Source: Camelus dromedarius (lineage: Eukaryota). From it: DNA of 64,000 nucleotides. Every line of letters starts with the position of its first letter. The stretch's first letter is position 1. A program made the position numbers and the translations under genes. Of the stretch, positions 24,830-38,390 are shown in pieces. The stretch lies in contig NC_087436.1 in NCBI RefSeq assembly GCF_036321535.1, forward strand, positions 85,376,001 through 85,440,000, given 5' to 3'. The notes below the pieces were generated by a model. The model was given only the letters and a program-made list of their open reading frames with translations, was not told the DNA's origin and made no database searches.

Positions 24830-26790
24830 AGTTTATAAAGATGAATGCTATGGGAAATCATTGAGAAAAGTTTTGAAAAAGAAGATTAGGGAGAGGGAAT
24901 ATCCCACCAGATTTTAAAATTTGCTATAAAACTAACAATAAAGCAATGTAGTATTCATCTGTAGATCAGGGAAATGAAAGAGAATCTGGAACATATCCAA
25001 GTGTATATGCTCACTTTATATTGTCAAAAGGGGCATTTTTGACTGAAAAAAAATGTTTAATAAATGGTGTCAGGACTTTTCAACCAGGTCAGTTAACAGC
25101 ATTTAATGAGAATTTACTATGTGCCAGGTACTGTTCTATGATCTTTTCATGTATTAACTCAATCCTCAATGCAGCCTTTTGAGATATAAACTGTTATTAT
25201 CCCCATCTGAAGATGAAAAGAACTGAAGCACAGGGAGGTTTAGTAACTGGTCCAAAGTCACACAGCTAAGTGGTAGAGTCAGGATTTGAGCCCAGGCAGT
25301 AAAATCAGATCATTACCTGGTCCATGCTATGGTATGAAAACTGAAATTCCAGATGGATTAAAAATCTAAATGTATAAAATAACACCTTTATAATATCATT
25401 ACACTATAAAAAGATAATCCAGAGGACCGGTTAAATAATGTTGAAATTTGATAGACTTTCTTAAGCAAGACAGAAATTCCAGAAGTAACAAAAAACATTG
25501 ATCTCACAATATTAAAAACAAAACCAAAAATTTCTATTAAGAGGATACTATGAGCAAAATCAAAAGCCCAATGATTACCCAAGAGGAAATAGATTCGCAA
25601 TACATTTGACAGAAATAGAGTTTGTATCTCTACTCTACAAAGCACTTTTATAATATGACATTTTAAAAAAAGTCCAATTGCAAAATGGGCAATAGATATG
25701 AACTGGCAATTCACAGGAGATAGAATGCAAATAGGCAATAAATAGGTAACAGTGGCAACATGTATGGTGCTAATAGGCTCTTGGGGAAACTCCCAGTTGT
25801 TCTGTTTGGTTTGGTTTTGGTCAAGGAGCTAAAGTTTTCCTTCAAGTTCTTCCTCCCCCTCCCCCTTTCTGACACCACCCCACCTTCCACCCCTATCACT
25901 TTTCAAGATGTTTAAGTTCCTTGTCCTCTGTTCAGAGAGTCAGGACTGCTGGGTGGAGGCTGTTGGTATCTGGGGAGTGAGGTGTTGAAAGTGCACACTT
26001 GAGAGCTACCTGACAGTGGTTTCCTGCTGCTCTGTTTCCTGCTCCTCTTAGCAGAAGACGTTTCTCCTTTCCACGTCGTGACCTGGAATCCTTTCCATCC
26101 CTTTCTCTACCCCTAGTTATGATGGATCTTCTGTCTCCAATTTCTGCCTTCAAGCCAGAGTCCTATCTAGCCTTTGGGAGAGGAAAAGCAGGCACTGAGG
26201 TCTTCCTGTTCTACACTTGGGCCTGAGGCTTCTTTAAGTCTTTGTTTTAGCTTATACTGGGGTGGTGGGGGGTGGGTGGTAGAAAAATAACTATCAGTGT
26301 TCAAAAGTACCCGTGAGAGAACATGGAAAACGTGTAGTATCTCACATTTTGAGATATTATGTTGCCAGAAGTCTATATTTTTAACTTCTCTAGTACTCAA
26401 GAAATGCAAATAACAATGAAGTGACCATTGGGTGTTTTTTGGCTCATTAGATTGGTTAAAGTTTAAAATATTGATAACATCCAATATAGGCCAAAGCTGG
26501 GTGAAAAGATACCCTTATATATTGTTGGTAGAAGAATTGCTGAAACTTCCTAGGAATCGTTAAAACATGTCTGTAACCATTAAAATTTAAATTGACATAA
26601 GCTATGACCTAGCAGTATACATCTACCAATTGAGCCCAAAGAAACAAAAGCACCAGGCACATGGATTTACTTACAAGATTATTTATTGCAGGATTTTTTT
26701 TTTAATCAAAGGGCTCTAGGCAATCCAAATGCCTATCAAAGAATAACTGAATAAATTATAGCACATTATGTAATAGAATATCATATAGCT
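24830..26790 (+). mobile_element. Degraded ancient L1 (L1ME-like) ORF2 fragments interrupted by a MIR (about 25105-25300, minus) and other sequence
   Basis: TTTAATAAATGGTG, AAATTCCAGATGGATTAAAAATCTAAATGTA, AAAATGGGCAATAGATATGAACTGGCAATTCACAG, TATGACCTAGCA. Confidence 0.65.
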
Positions 26791-26863
26791 ACATACAGCC
26801 AAGAATATCTTAACTCTAGCAAATAAAACTTTCACTTTGTAAAAAAAATAGTAAGAGTTTTAA

Positions 26864-27030
26864 GATTATACTGTACAGCATAGGGAAATATTTACACGAT
26901 CTTACGGTAGCTCACAGAGGAAAAAATGTGACAATGAATATATATATGTTCATGTATAACTGAAAAATTGTGCTCTGCACTGGAATTTGACACAACATTG
27001 TAAAATGATTATAACTCAATAAAAAATGTT
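26864..27030 (+). mobile_element. Young L1 3'-end fragment with long TSD
   Basis: Near-identical to 7528-7695; direct repeat AAAAAAAATAGTAAGAGTTTTAA at 26841-26863 and 27031-27053 (partly overlapping the A-tail). Confidence 0.92.
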
Positions 27031-27711
27031 AAAAAAAATAGTAAGAGTTTTAAATATGGTAAATATGTTTGTTTTGTAAGTGTAAAAAGTATGAAAGATC
27101 TATACACCACACTGTTAATTTAAGGCAAGCGTCATAAAGCTCAGTGACTCTCGGGACCGGGCAGACTGTAAATGAAGCAGAGTGGACACTGAAACGTCTG
27201 TAGGAGTAAGAAAGGATTATTATTAGTCTTAGGGTCCTAAGAAAGTGGCAGAGGATGGGTTCCAAAGCACAGAAGAAAGGATTATGTTAGGTTCAGAAGA
27301 AACAAAAATAGGACAAGAATGGATGCAGGAAGGTTGACATGATAGTAGGAGATGAGGCATTCCAACCGATGGCTTTCCTTTTCCCCATAATGTTGGAATA
27401 AAGGGTTTGAAGGGAGTAAAGAAGTCTTGGAGAAGGTTTTCTAGAGAATGAGAAAGAAAAAAGAAGGATTGCATAGGTCCGTTTAAGGACAGTGAGCATT
27501 AATTTGGAGTTGAACCATCATATCCTTTTTTCAGATTGGTATGAGCACCAGAAACTGTATGAAAAAAGAATAAAAATTCCTAGTAAAGTAGAAGGTAAGA
27601 TTTTTTACTTTTCTAGGAGAAAAACTCAAAAGTACCATATTAGGAAAAATCTCAAGAAATGTAAGGAGTTACTTGCTCTTTCACAGTAGAATTTTTAGTT
27701 ATGGAATTTTT

Positions 27712-28375
27712 TAAACAGCTTTTTTGAGGTATGGTTTATATACTATGCAATTCAGCCACCTAAAGCATACAATTCGGTGGAATTTAAGATCTTTGCATAT
27801 ATATGCAACCTTCACCACAATCAGTTTTAGAACATCCTTATCCCCCCCCCCCCCAGGAAATCTATACCCTTTAGCCATCATCCTCCCCTCCCCTCCCCCA
27901 ACTTTTCCATCTTCCCACTCTCCCCTACTCCCCGCCCCCCACCTTCCCTGCCAGCCCTAGGTAACCTTAAATCTACTTTCTGTCTCTATTGATTTGCCTA
28001 TTCTGGACATTTCATATAAATGGAATCCTACAACATGTGATTCTTCATGACTGACTTCTTTCATTTTGCATAATGTTTTCAAGGTTCATGCATGTGGTAG
28101 CATGTGTCAGTACTTCTTCCCTTCTTATTGCCCAATGATATTCCATCGCACGGACACATCACTTTTGATTTATCCACTCATCAGTCCATGGGCATTTGGG
28201 ATGTTTCCACTTTCTGGCTGCTATTAATAATGCTGCTAGTAGCATTCTTGTACAAGTTTTTGTGGGGACATATGTTTTCATTTCCCTAGAGTACATACCT
28301 AGAGGTGGAATTGCAGGGTCAAAACAGGAACTCTAGGCTTAGCCTTTTGAGGAACTGTCAGAATGTTTCCCCAAA
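27712..28375 (-). mobile_element. L1MB-like 3' end
   Basis: AATCTACTTTCTGTCTCTATTGATTTGCCTATTCTGGACATTTCATATAAATGGAATC; C-rich tract is the antisense polypurine tract. Confidence 0.85.
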
Positions 28376-28992
28376 CATAGAATTTAGAACTAGATGGGAT
28401 CATAGAAATTATTAGAGATATTTAAGACATCTCTAACTGTAAGTGATTTAACCACAGTCAAAAAGCAAATTAGTGGTAGATAAGAATCTAAATTCTGATC
28501 TTTTTATTTCTGTAACTTTTTATATTAAACATTTTAAATTTCTTTACAATGTACTTACACATATATATTGATTTCCATTAATATGATTTTAAACATGATT
28601 AGGTATCAACTTTTGGATTTCCTTTCCTTTTTTTATGTTTATCTTCTTCCTCCCTCCTACATTACCTTTGTGCCCTCCACAAGGTAATTAATACCAACAA
28701 CCTAAAAAAATGCTCTGTCATAGTTTCTCCATGGTAATATAATCCTACACACACACATATGGAATTTTTGTCACTATTTCATAAAAATGGGATCATGTTA
28801 TACTATTTTTCTGCACATTGCTTGTGGAATTCCATCCAAGTCAACCAGTATACCTTTATTTTTGTTTTAAGTGCCTGCAGAATACTCGGTGCTGTGGATA
28901 TGTTATAATTTGTTGAGCCTGTCATTGAGTGTTCACTCACTGTTTCTGGTTTTAATTTGATTTGTGAGTGGACAGTGATGCAGTGAACATCC

Positions 28993-29148
28993 TTGCTGCT
29001 CAGGTGTGGTCCGTGCACCAGCAGCAGTGGCATCACCAGGAGCTTTATAGACAGGCTCTGAGGTTCCAGCCCTGCTCCACTGAATTTGAATTTGGATTTT
29101 AACAAGATCCCTGGGAGATTCAGATTCACATTGAAGACTGAAGACTGA
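28993..29148. mobile_element. MER5A-family DNA transposon inside old antisense L1 debris
   Basis: GCTGCTCAGGTGTGGTCCGTGCACCAGCAGCAGTGGCATCACCAGG...TTTTAACAAGATCCC. Confidence 0.75.
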
Positions 29149-30217
29149 CCTAGTACATATGACCTTTCAGACGAGTCTATCATTTCTATAGTTAGATTCC
29201 AAGGAGTGAAATCTAGGGCAAAAGGATATACCTGCTTTCAATTTTAAAAGATGCTTTAGCTGACCGCTTCCTTTAAAGACTGTAGCACATTCGACTTCTA
29301 CCAGCAGTGTTTGAGAATTTCCTTTTTCTCATGTTCCCATTAGCAGTGAGTGTTGATGCTGAGATTTCAAAGGGAATTTGCTGTGAGAGGAATATTTAGG
29401 TTTTGTTTGACTTTTCCCATGTAATTGAGCAAACTATTCATAAGATAGTATTATTAGAATTGTACCAATTTCAAATGCTGGATTTCTAAGTCAAATGATA
29501 GAAGAATCAAAATTTCAAAAATAGTAAAGAATGAGGATGCAACTATTGTAATAGAAAACTTCTCTTCTCTACCCTTCCCTGGTGCTAACATGAGGGAACA
29601 GGTACCCAGGAGAGTGATCACCTGACACGCTGGATGTTGTACAGTGCCTTGTTCCCACTTTTTGGCAATGTTTTCAGATAAATGTTTGGGAGAAAGGGTA
29701 AAATACAGTAAAGGTTTACACACAGTCTGCTCAATCCCAGAAATAATCAGGGAATTGTAAATTAAAGCACCATGTTTTGCCCATCATATTGGAAGATTTT
29801 ATTTTATTTTTGGCATATATTAAAATATTAACATTGTTCAATGGGAGTAAAGGTGTGGAAAAACAGACAAGCTCATAAACTGATGAGAGTGTAAGTTGAT
29901 AATATCCTTATAGGGAATGGTACGGCAGTGTATGCAAGACATTTCAGTGTATGTAGCTTAGGACTCAGCAAGGTAGGAATCTGTCTTAGAGAAATAGTCT
30001 TACATGAGAAAAAAGACATATTAAAGGACGTCCATTGAAAATTTGAGACCACTTAAATGCCCATCAATAAGGACATGAATTAACATATTTTGCTGTATTG
30101 ATAATGTCTATATCTGGTCTGGAAAGTTCTACAAGGTGTATAGCTAAACAAAAAAAAAGTCAAGTGTCTATATGAGATATTTTGTACAATCCACTTTTGG
30201 AAGTGATCACAGAAAAG

Positions 30218-30219
<2 letters not shown>

Positions 30220-30255
<36 letters not shown>
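30220..30255. repeat. (GT)18 microsatellite
   Basis: Seen directly. Confidence 0.95.
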
Positions 30256-30257
<2 letters not shown>

Positions 30258-30409
30258 CACATCTACATATATAATAGGAAAACACAAACCAACCTGCTAG
30301 CAGTGGTTACCTCTGGGTGTGTGTGTTGGCAGAAGGATTGGTGGTTGGAGTGGTGGTGAAGGAGTAACACGTACTATTTCCTAAACAACAACAATGATAA
30401 TTGTTACCA

Positions 30410-30620
30410 TTTATGGAGCACTTATTGTATGTCCGGCACTCTGCAAAAAATTTTGCATGAATAATCTTAATCCTGACAACCACCTGATGAGGTATTATTG
30501 TTATTATCTGAATTTTGCCACTCAGTTGACTGGTTATAATCAGGTAATTTGCTGAGGTGATGCAGCCAGAAAGTTGTGGTGTTGGAATCGGAACCAAAGT
30601 AGTCAGACGCTAGAGACTGC
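30410..30620 (-). mobile_element. MIR SINE
   Basis: TTTATGGAGCACTTATTGTATGTCCGGCACT...TTAATCCTGACAACCACCTGATGAGGTATTATT. Confidence 0.7.
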
Positions 30621-30694
30621 TCAGAACCTCAGTTCTATCTACTCATGTATCCATCCATCCATCTATCTATTACCTACCCACCCATCAGCTATGT

Positions 30695-30695
<1 letters not shown>

Positions 30696-30781
<86 letters not shown>

Positions 30782-30815
30782 CCTACCTACCTACCTATCT
30801 ATCTACCTGTCTGTC
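30696..30815. repeat. (TATC)~21 tetranucleotide repeat with (TACC)n extension
   Basis: Seen directly. Confidence 0.95.
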
Positions 30816-33800
30816 TGTCATCTTCCATCTATCTCTTCTGCCACACTAAGGTTCTCAAGCCACCAAAGAGAAAATTAACTCAGTTTTCTATTTACATCAT
30901 TGAGGTACAATATAATTTATGAAAACACACCGAGTTTTTCAGAAAATAACACAATTGACAGATGATGTCATTGGTTCTGATTCTTTATCAGTGTAAGGGA
31001 GCATTGCCTCATTCCAGGACATTTGTGTGATGGCCTGATTGTAGCTTTCTGGATGGAATAGAAAATGAGACCCAGGACAATCCATCCCCCTAGCTGGCCA
31101 CTGATCCACTGAACCAAATATTTCATAACAAGGAGAAGACATCACTGATCCTCTCCCTTATTTTCCTAATGAAGATGCTCTCCTTTATTTCCACCAGAGT
31201 GTCTGAGTAGCAGAATTGGTATTGAAATCAGGTTTTCTGACTTTGGGTTCAGTGTTCTTTCCACTACTTTATGATTTGGGATTTATGACACAGCTCTTAA
31301 CTTCCTGTAGGATGTAACCCGGCAGATGGATACACAGTGCTGACACATTCCTGTATGTGGAGCCCCCAGATTTGTATATCTTTATCTCAAAGGAAAGAAA
31401 GGACTGAACAGCCAGAGTTGAGTGACGTTTTATCACCAACCTTAAAGGTTTGGCCACTATGCTTTCCTTAAAAATTATAGGGGTCCAGCGCAGTTCCTAG
31501 GGGTTATGTTTAGCTATGTAAATCAACTACTAGCTGGTTTTTACAGAGACTCCCTCCAAAAATTTTGTTCCTGTTGAACAAGAAAACCAGGCAGTGTGGT
31601 TAGGTGATGCAGTGGTCAGACAATGGCTGGACATGAAGCGAGTCATCTGCAGAAGACATGGGCAGCCTGATGAAGCACAGCGTTGGGTCCAGGACATAGA
31701 GATGGGCAGGATGTCACTGTCAGCTAAGCTCATGTGCAGGTGACTGCCCCTGGACAGAAAAAAAGGTCAAGGGTCAGGAAACATGTGGACCCTGAGGAGA
31801 GCAGAGAAAGTATTGAGTCTAAACCACTTTTCCTGATTTTATTCACGCCAAGAGGAAGGCAAAGGGCTGCGTCAACTAACTTTCCCTGAACTGGTGCATC
31901 AGCAGAACCGACTGTGCCTCTCCCACTTACCTCCTGATCCCACACACGGGGTTCGTAGTCATCCAGCTGCCCTGTTCGGAGCTCTAGCAGGCAAAGGAGA
32001 AGAAATGCCACTTGGATGTCTGGGACTCCTCCATCCTGCTCAAGGCTGGCAGCTGTCACAGAATGTCAGTAACTAACAGAGCATCGTAGCAACATGTTTC
32101 CTGCTTCTTAAACCTTTAGCCTCGCACAGTGTATAATCAGTTCTATGAGCATGTGTTGGTTCAGCTTTAGAATTCAAGCTTCTGAATTTTTTAACCATTC
32201 ATTAGTACCAAAAAGTCAAAATAGTCGTCCATCTACAGCTTGAGGAAAATTTGATTTTCTGTGAGGGAATGACCAGTAACCATCAATTAAAAAAAAAGTC
32301 TGTGTATAGTGACCATTCTTCCTGCCTAATGGTTCCTTTTTATAACCCTTTTGTTAATATCCTGACTCACTTTGAGTGGATATCTCTAGGGCATTTGTTG
32401 GCAAAGCAGAGTATCTGAAAAACAAAAATGTCAGTGTTACATATGTACATATAGGTTAAACTATTTTTAAAGTATAAATGTGATATGTATTTTTAAAAAC
32501 TCCACTGGCACAGAAAATAATAAAGTAAAATATAAAAGTCAGCCACCGATCTCACAGGCATCGTGTTGTTGACAATTTCTCACACTGCCTCCTGGACTTG
32601 GTTGGTGTATGAGGTGCATTCAGGGGGTACAGATGTCCTTTCTTGTTTTAACTAAATGGGATCATATGCAACAATGCTGCTAGGTGGGCAGTTTGCTCTT
32701 TTCCATTAGCAATATATTTAATTCCTCCTTATTGATGGATATTCAGGTTGTTTCCATTTTTCAAAACCTTTTAATCGTCTAATGAATATCCTTGATATAG
32801 GCAACTTTGCAGACTTGTGCATGTATATCTTCAAGTTATTACATTTTGGTGCTTGTTACCAAAAGTTTTCAAAAGCAAAGTTTTGAAAACTGGAAACAGC
32901 TCGAAGGCAAAAATAATAAGATGTATCCCTAGGTTTATCCTCTTTAGTCTCTGTCCTCAACCGTGACTGCTAGATCACTGAGAGCTGACGATGGGAAAAG
33001 AAGAGAAGCAGAAAAGAAATATACTTAGGAAATACGGACAAGGGTTTTCTTCGGTGTTATTTAGTTCAGCTCTTAGGAGAGATGTGACTTGGTAATATTT
33101 ATCCTGGTAAAGTATTTAGAAGAAAGTGATTTCAGGTGTCACAAAATAAGTTTTTTTTTCTTCTTCAAGTCTCATCACCTCTGAGGTTTTCCAGTTTTTT
33201 CTATCCCTCAGTTCTTGTTTCTTCTAAGGAATTCATATGATACTGCTGGCTCTGTAAATTTGACATGCTGTGCATTTAGCCGTAGAGATTTAGTTTCTAA
33301 TGTACATAGTGTGACTTGCTAGTCTTCTAAACCCCTTCAAGGCAAGCTCACTCCCTCTCTCCGCCCCTTGTAGCACCTCTGCAGCAGCATCAATGCTTTG
33401 CAAATGCTAGTGAGTAGTCAGTCATTTTATAAATTAATTTCTCTAGACTCCAGAGCCCTACCTTATTTTTATTCAACACAATCTGATGAATAAAGGAAGT
33501 ATTTTTTCCACAGCTCCTTCCTAAGGTGGACCAGTGCTTGGCATCCCATTAGCGTTTCCCAATCTGTGTTTCCAAGGTCTGGGTGGACCACAACACAACA
33601 TTTTGGTAGACAATGACCATGAACCTTTGTTTTGTTTCCTTTCACAGGTCAGGTGGCCTTGGCTGGCACATAAGTAGAAACAGATGTCGAGAAGGGTAAG
33701 GAGGTACGTGGTGCCAATGTCTCAATTCTGGGAAAAGGAAACACTTCACAGAGAATAGGTGCCACCTGTAGGGGTGACAGTCTGCCAAGCGAAACCAGTT

Positions 33801-35198
33801 TGGCTAAAGATAGCTAGAAATAATTCCCAAGGGTATAAGGTAATGTTTGTTTATACATGAAATTAAATGAGGGTGTGTGTGTGTGTGTGTACGTGTCTCT
33901 GTCTGTGTGTGTACCTGGTGCTGCACTCCAGTGATGCCTGTTGACCTATTTATGGATTCCAATTGTTGAAAGAACACTTTTTATTTAATATTTGACCTGT
34001 TCTGAAGAACAGAGTTGTTAAATTTGTTTCGAACAGGCATAAAAGAAAGAATTTTAAATTTCCTTGTTTTCAACCATCTCACTGAGCTTTGTTAAGCTAT
34101 CCAGCGAGGATTTGAGGCTTTGAAGAACTATGCAACTTTACACAATGATTAAATATTACTTAAATTTTCCTCCTAGCAGAATTTAGTTACGTTTGGGGGA
34201 TTAATTATACACAAGGCCATTGGATGGAATTTACTACAAAAGCCCTGTCTCTTTGGGCAAGTTACTAAATGTCTTTGTGCTTGAGCTTCCTCATCTGTAA
34301 AATGGGCAAAATAATTGCACACGTCTCATAGGGTTACTGAGAAGAGTGGATGTTCTAAGAAAGTCACAGTACATGTCACATGAGGTGTCATTGGATACTG
34401 CTACACTTTGCTACCACTACTGATGCCATTATGACAACCACCAGTCTCCAGTCTTTCATCTTTTTCTCTCCACCTTTTCTCCTGTAATTCACAAAGACCT
34501 TCAATAATTTAATGTAATCACGAGATTCCACTGAAATTTGTGAAATATTTCCTAGATATTCCCATATCCATAATTTTCCTTGATGTTACAATTTAAGTCT
34601 TGAGGCCAGATGTCATGGGAAGATCACCATATTTGAAGTGACTTGGATCTCTTTATCACTTACTAGCTTAGTGACCTTGGGAAAGTTGCCACATTCTTCT
34701 GGGCTTCTGTTTCCTCAACTGTAAATGCAGGTAGGTCTATGAACGAGATGATTTCTAAGGTCTCTTCTGGGAGAAAGTTGAGAGGACTTGGACTATAAGA
34801 TCAAGATCTAGAAAAAACACTGTAATATTTGACACTGCCAGCTGAACTCAACTGTTAATTTAATTTACCACAGCAAAGGTAAAAATAATCTGTTACAAAT
34901 GAAACAGCTTAGATCAAAATTGAACAAAATATCCTATAAAATTAATAAACAGGATTAAAGATAAGGAATCAGACTATAAAGTCTTCAATGGCAGAGACAA
35001 TGCATTAATATGTATCCTTGTATCTCCAGAGGCTAGCCACCTGGTACATGATAGGTATTCAAACAAAGATTGCCAAAATGAAACAAACAGAAGTTAGAGT
35101 CAGTATAGCTTTGAACTAAATAATGTTCTGCTTGGATTGGACCCAGGATTTAATTGTGAGAAAGCCTGAAATTTCTGAATATTGAGTCTTTATATTAA

Positions 35199-35693
35199 AG
35201 CAGAAGTTCTTTTGTGGGTGTTGGACCAACATCATCATTATCACATGGGAAGTTACTAGAAATGCAAATTCTTGGGCTCCCTAAATCTACTGCATGAGAA
35301 ACTCTAAGGATGGAGTCTAGCAATTTGTTTCTTTGTTAGTGGTTTTTAAATAGACTTTATTTTTTTAGAGCAGTTTTAGTTTCCCAGCAAAACTGGGGAG
35401 AAAGTTCAGAGTTCCCATATACCCACTTTCCCTACACATAGCCTCCCCGACTGTCAACATCCCCGACCAGAGTGGTACATGTGTTATAATCCATGAAGCT
35501 GCATTGACACATCATTATCACCCCAAATCCCTAATTTACATTAAGTTTATTCTTGGTGGTCTGCATTTTATGGATCTTGACAAATACATGACATGAATTC
35601 ACCTTTACAGTATCATATAGAATAGTAAGTAATCTGTGTTTTAAGAAGCCCTCCAGGTGATTCTTATGCACATTAAAATTTGACAACCATTGC
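35199..35693. mobile_element. MER5A split by an antisense L1 3'-end fragment (about 35335-35625)
   Basis: TAGAAATGCAAATTCTTGGGCTCC...; resumes AATCTGTGTTTTAAGAAGCCCTCCAGGTGATTCTTATGCACATTAAAATTTG; insert has TTTTTTAGAGCAGTTTTAG...CCCCGACCAGAGTGGTACAT. Confidence 0.8.
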
Positions 35694-36176
35694 ATTACAG
35701 GATAGAATTTTTCAAAGCTAAGTTGAAGACATAGCCAAGAAATTAAGATGGTCTTAAACCCACATCTAAACTGAAGCTGTAATTGATTTATCCTACTCTT
35801 CTCTAAATACACATTTGGATGCTAATGATTAGTATGCTCTTTAAAAGGATTTGGAAACTTTCAATGTCTAAACTTCTGCTTCCCTCTTTGCTGAAATTTT
35901 AGGGTACCCTTTTCTCTAGCATATTCGTTGGGAAGTAGGATAGAGCTGTGGAAAGGACACATTTATTTTATTATTGAAAGTTTCAAGCATATACAGAAGA
36001 GCAGAGAAAAGTTTAGTAAATCCTTACATACCCATTGCAAAACTTCAATAATTATCAACTGCTGGTCTATCTTGTTTTATCTATATTCACATTCATTCCT
36101 CTCTTCATTCCAAATTATTTTTAAGCAAATTCAATATAATGGTATCTTTTCATATATATATATGTGTATATATATG

Positions 36177-36180
<4 letters not shown>

Positions 36181-36235
<55 letters not shown>
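36181..36235. repeat. (TA)~27 microsatellite
   Basis: Seen directly. Confidence 0.95.
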
Positions 36236-36238
<3 letters not shown>

Positions 36239-37055
36239 TTCCAGAAAAATAGAAGAGAAGGGAACACTTCCCAACTGATTTCATGAAGCTACCACTACTG
36301 TGATTTAAAAAGAAAACAGAAAATGATATTACAAGGAAAGTAAACTATAGACCAATGTCCCTTTTAAACATGGATTAAAAAATCCTTATTATCAAATCAA
36401 ATCTTACTATATATAGGAAAGATAGCACATCATGTCCAAGTGGTGTTTATCTCAGGAATGCATGTTTAGTTCAACATTCAAAAATCAATAAATGTGATTC
36501 ACCAGAACAACTGCACCATTGTCTCAACAGACTCAGAAAGAGCATTTGACAAAATTCAACACACATTCATAATAACTTCCAGTAAATTAGGACTAGAAGG
36601 GACCTTCTTCAGCCTGATAAAAGGAATCTATGAAAAACTTACACTTTCATACTTAATGATGAGGGGCTGCTTCTCAAGCATGGGTATGAGGCAAAGATTT
36701 CTGCTCTCATCACTTCTATATGCCATTATATTGGAGATCCTAGCCTGTATGAGAAGACAACAGATGAAAAGTATAGATAAGAAAGGAAGAAATAAAACTG
36801 CCTTTATTCACAGAAACATGATTATCTACAAAGAAGACCTCAGAGAAATCTACCAAGAAGCTACTAGAACTTCTATGTAAGTCTAGCAAGGGCATAGGTT
36901 ACTAGAACAACACAAAAATTGTGTTTTTATATGGTAGCAAAAAACAATTAGAAATTACAGTGACATCAATGAACATGAAATACTTCGGGATAAATCCATC
37001 AAAATGTGGTCAAGATTTGGATGCTAAAAATTAGACAACACTAGTAAGAGAAATC
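36236..37055 (+). mobile_element. Degraded L1 ORF2 fragment (reverse-transcriptase region)
   Basis: ORF 36494..36880: IVSTDSERAFDKIQH...KLGLEGTFFSLIKGIYEK...GMRQRFLLSSLLYAIILEILA resembles L1 RT motifs (SIDAEKAFDKIQH, GTRQGCPLSPLLF); broken frame. Confidence 0.85.
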
Positions 37056-37059
37056 ACAG

Positions 37060-37710
37060 TCAAACCCTTGAAAATCCTCAGTGACCCCTGTCTCCTGTAT
37101 TTAAGCACTGGGTGTTAATGTCCTCCTACAGCGAATAGGGCTGAACTGTGTAATGGCATATTGTGGACATGATCATGTATGACTTCCAATTCTAGGTCAT
37201 AAAAGACACTGTGGTTTCCATCTTGCTACCTCGGATCTGTAGCTGTAAGGGAGCCAGCTTCCATGTCTGAGGATACAAGTAGTCCTATGGAGAATCCCAG
37301 CATTCGGTGAGGATCTGCATCCTTCTGCCAGTAGTCATATGGATGGATCACACTAGGGATGGATTTTTCAGCCCCAACCAAGCCTTCACATGACTGCATC
37401 CAGGCCGACATCTTGCCTGTAACCTTATGAGAGACCTGGAGCTAGAACAACCCAGTGAAACTGCTCCCACACTCCTGAACCACACTCTGAACCACAAAAG
37501 CTTGGCAATAATGAAAGCTTATTGTTTGAAGCCACTAGGTTTCTGAGTAATTTGTTATGTAATAGAAAACTTAGCACAGGTTTTGGTACCTGGAAATGAG
37601 GTGTTGCCACAACAAACATTTAAAAATGTGGGAGTGGAATTCAAATGGGGCGATTGGAAGAGGCTGTCAGAACTTTGAGAAGCTTGTTAGTGAAAACCTA
37701 AGGAATATTG
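37060..37710 (+). mobile_element. MaLR MLT1-type LTR followed by start of internal sequence
   Basis: CAGCCCCAACCAAGCCTTCACATGACTGCA...TTGTTTGAAGCCACTAGGTTT...TAATTTGTTATGTAATAGAAAACTTAGCACA, then TTTTGGTACCTGGAAATGAGGTG. More internal-like sequence at about 39020-39350. Confidence 0.75.
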
Positions 37711-38070
37711 AAGAGATGATCATGTGACTTTTATCTTTCTGTTCATGTGCTGTATCACAGTACTTGACTTTCATATGTTGAGCCATCCATGCATCCCAGG
37801 AGTAGATCCCATTGGTTGTGATGTATGATCCTTTTAATGTGCTGTTGAATTCAGTTTCCTGGTATTTTCTTGAGGATTTTTGCATCAGTGTTCATCAGGG
37901 ATATTGGCCTGTGGTTTTCTTTTCTTTGTCTGGCTTTGGTATCAGAGTAATGCTGACTTCATAAAACAAGTTTGGAAATGTTCCCTCCTCTATAGTTTTT
38001 TTGGGGAAAGTTTAAGAAGGATTGGTATTAATTCTTAATGTTTGGTTTAATTTTTGGTAGATGTTTGGTA
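37711..38070 (-). mobile_element. L1 ORF2 fragment, antisense
   Basis: TTGAGGATTTTTGCATCAGTGTTCATCAGGGATATTGGCCTG...TCTGGCTTTGGTATCAG. Confidence 0.85.
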
Positions 38071-38074
38071 GAAT

Positions 38075-38390
38075 TAAATTTCAGTCATGCAAGATGAATA
38101 AACTCTAGAGATCTGATGTACAACGTTGTGCCTGTACATAATAATACTATATTATTACTAAAAACCTATGAAGAAACAACAAAATGGTAATTAAGTGAGG
38201 TGAAGGTTGTGTTAACTAATCTTATTGTGGTAAAAATTTTGCAATATATACTTGAATCAAACCATCACACTATATACCTTAAACTTACACAATGTTATAT
38301 GTCTATTGTTTCCCAATAAAGCTGGGAAATTTTTTTTTTAATCTATGAAGACGATACATCTCATGTTAAATGTTCTTACCACAAGAAATT
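38075..38390 (+). mobile_element. L1 3'-UTR fragment with a second L1 3' end nested (about 38175-38342)
   Basis: ATGAATAAACTCTAGAGATCTGATGTACAAC; nested piece ends CAATAAAGCTGGGAAA; short direct repeat CTATGAAGA at 38166-38174 and 38343-38351. Confidence 0.7.

Noticed and set aside
27842..27950. C-rich tract with G4 potential
   Set aside because: Ordinary polypurine tract of an antisense L1 3' UTR.
33759..33772. CTCF-like motif CCTACAGGTGGCAC on the minus strand (weaker ones near 17445 and 49958)
   Set aside because: Mismatches in the core; cannot be supported without a PWM score or ChIP data.
36494..36880. ORF with reverse-transcriptase-like motifs
   Set aside because: Decayed L1 ORF2 with broken frame and degenerate motifs; not a retron or novel RT system.
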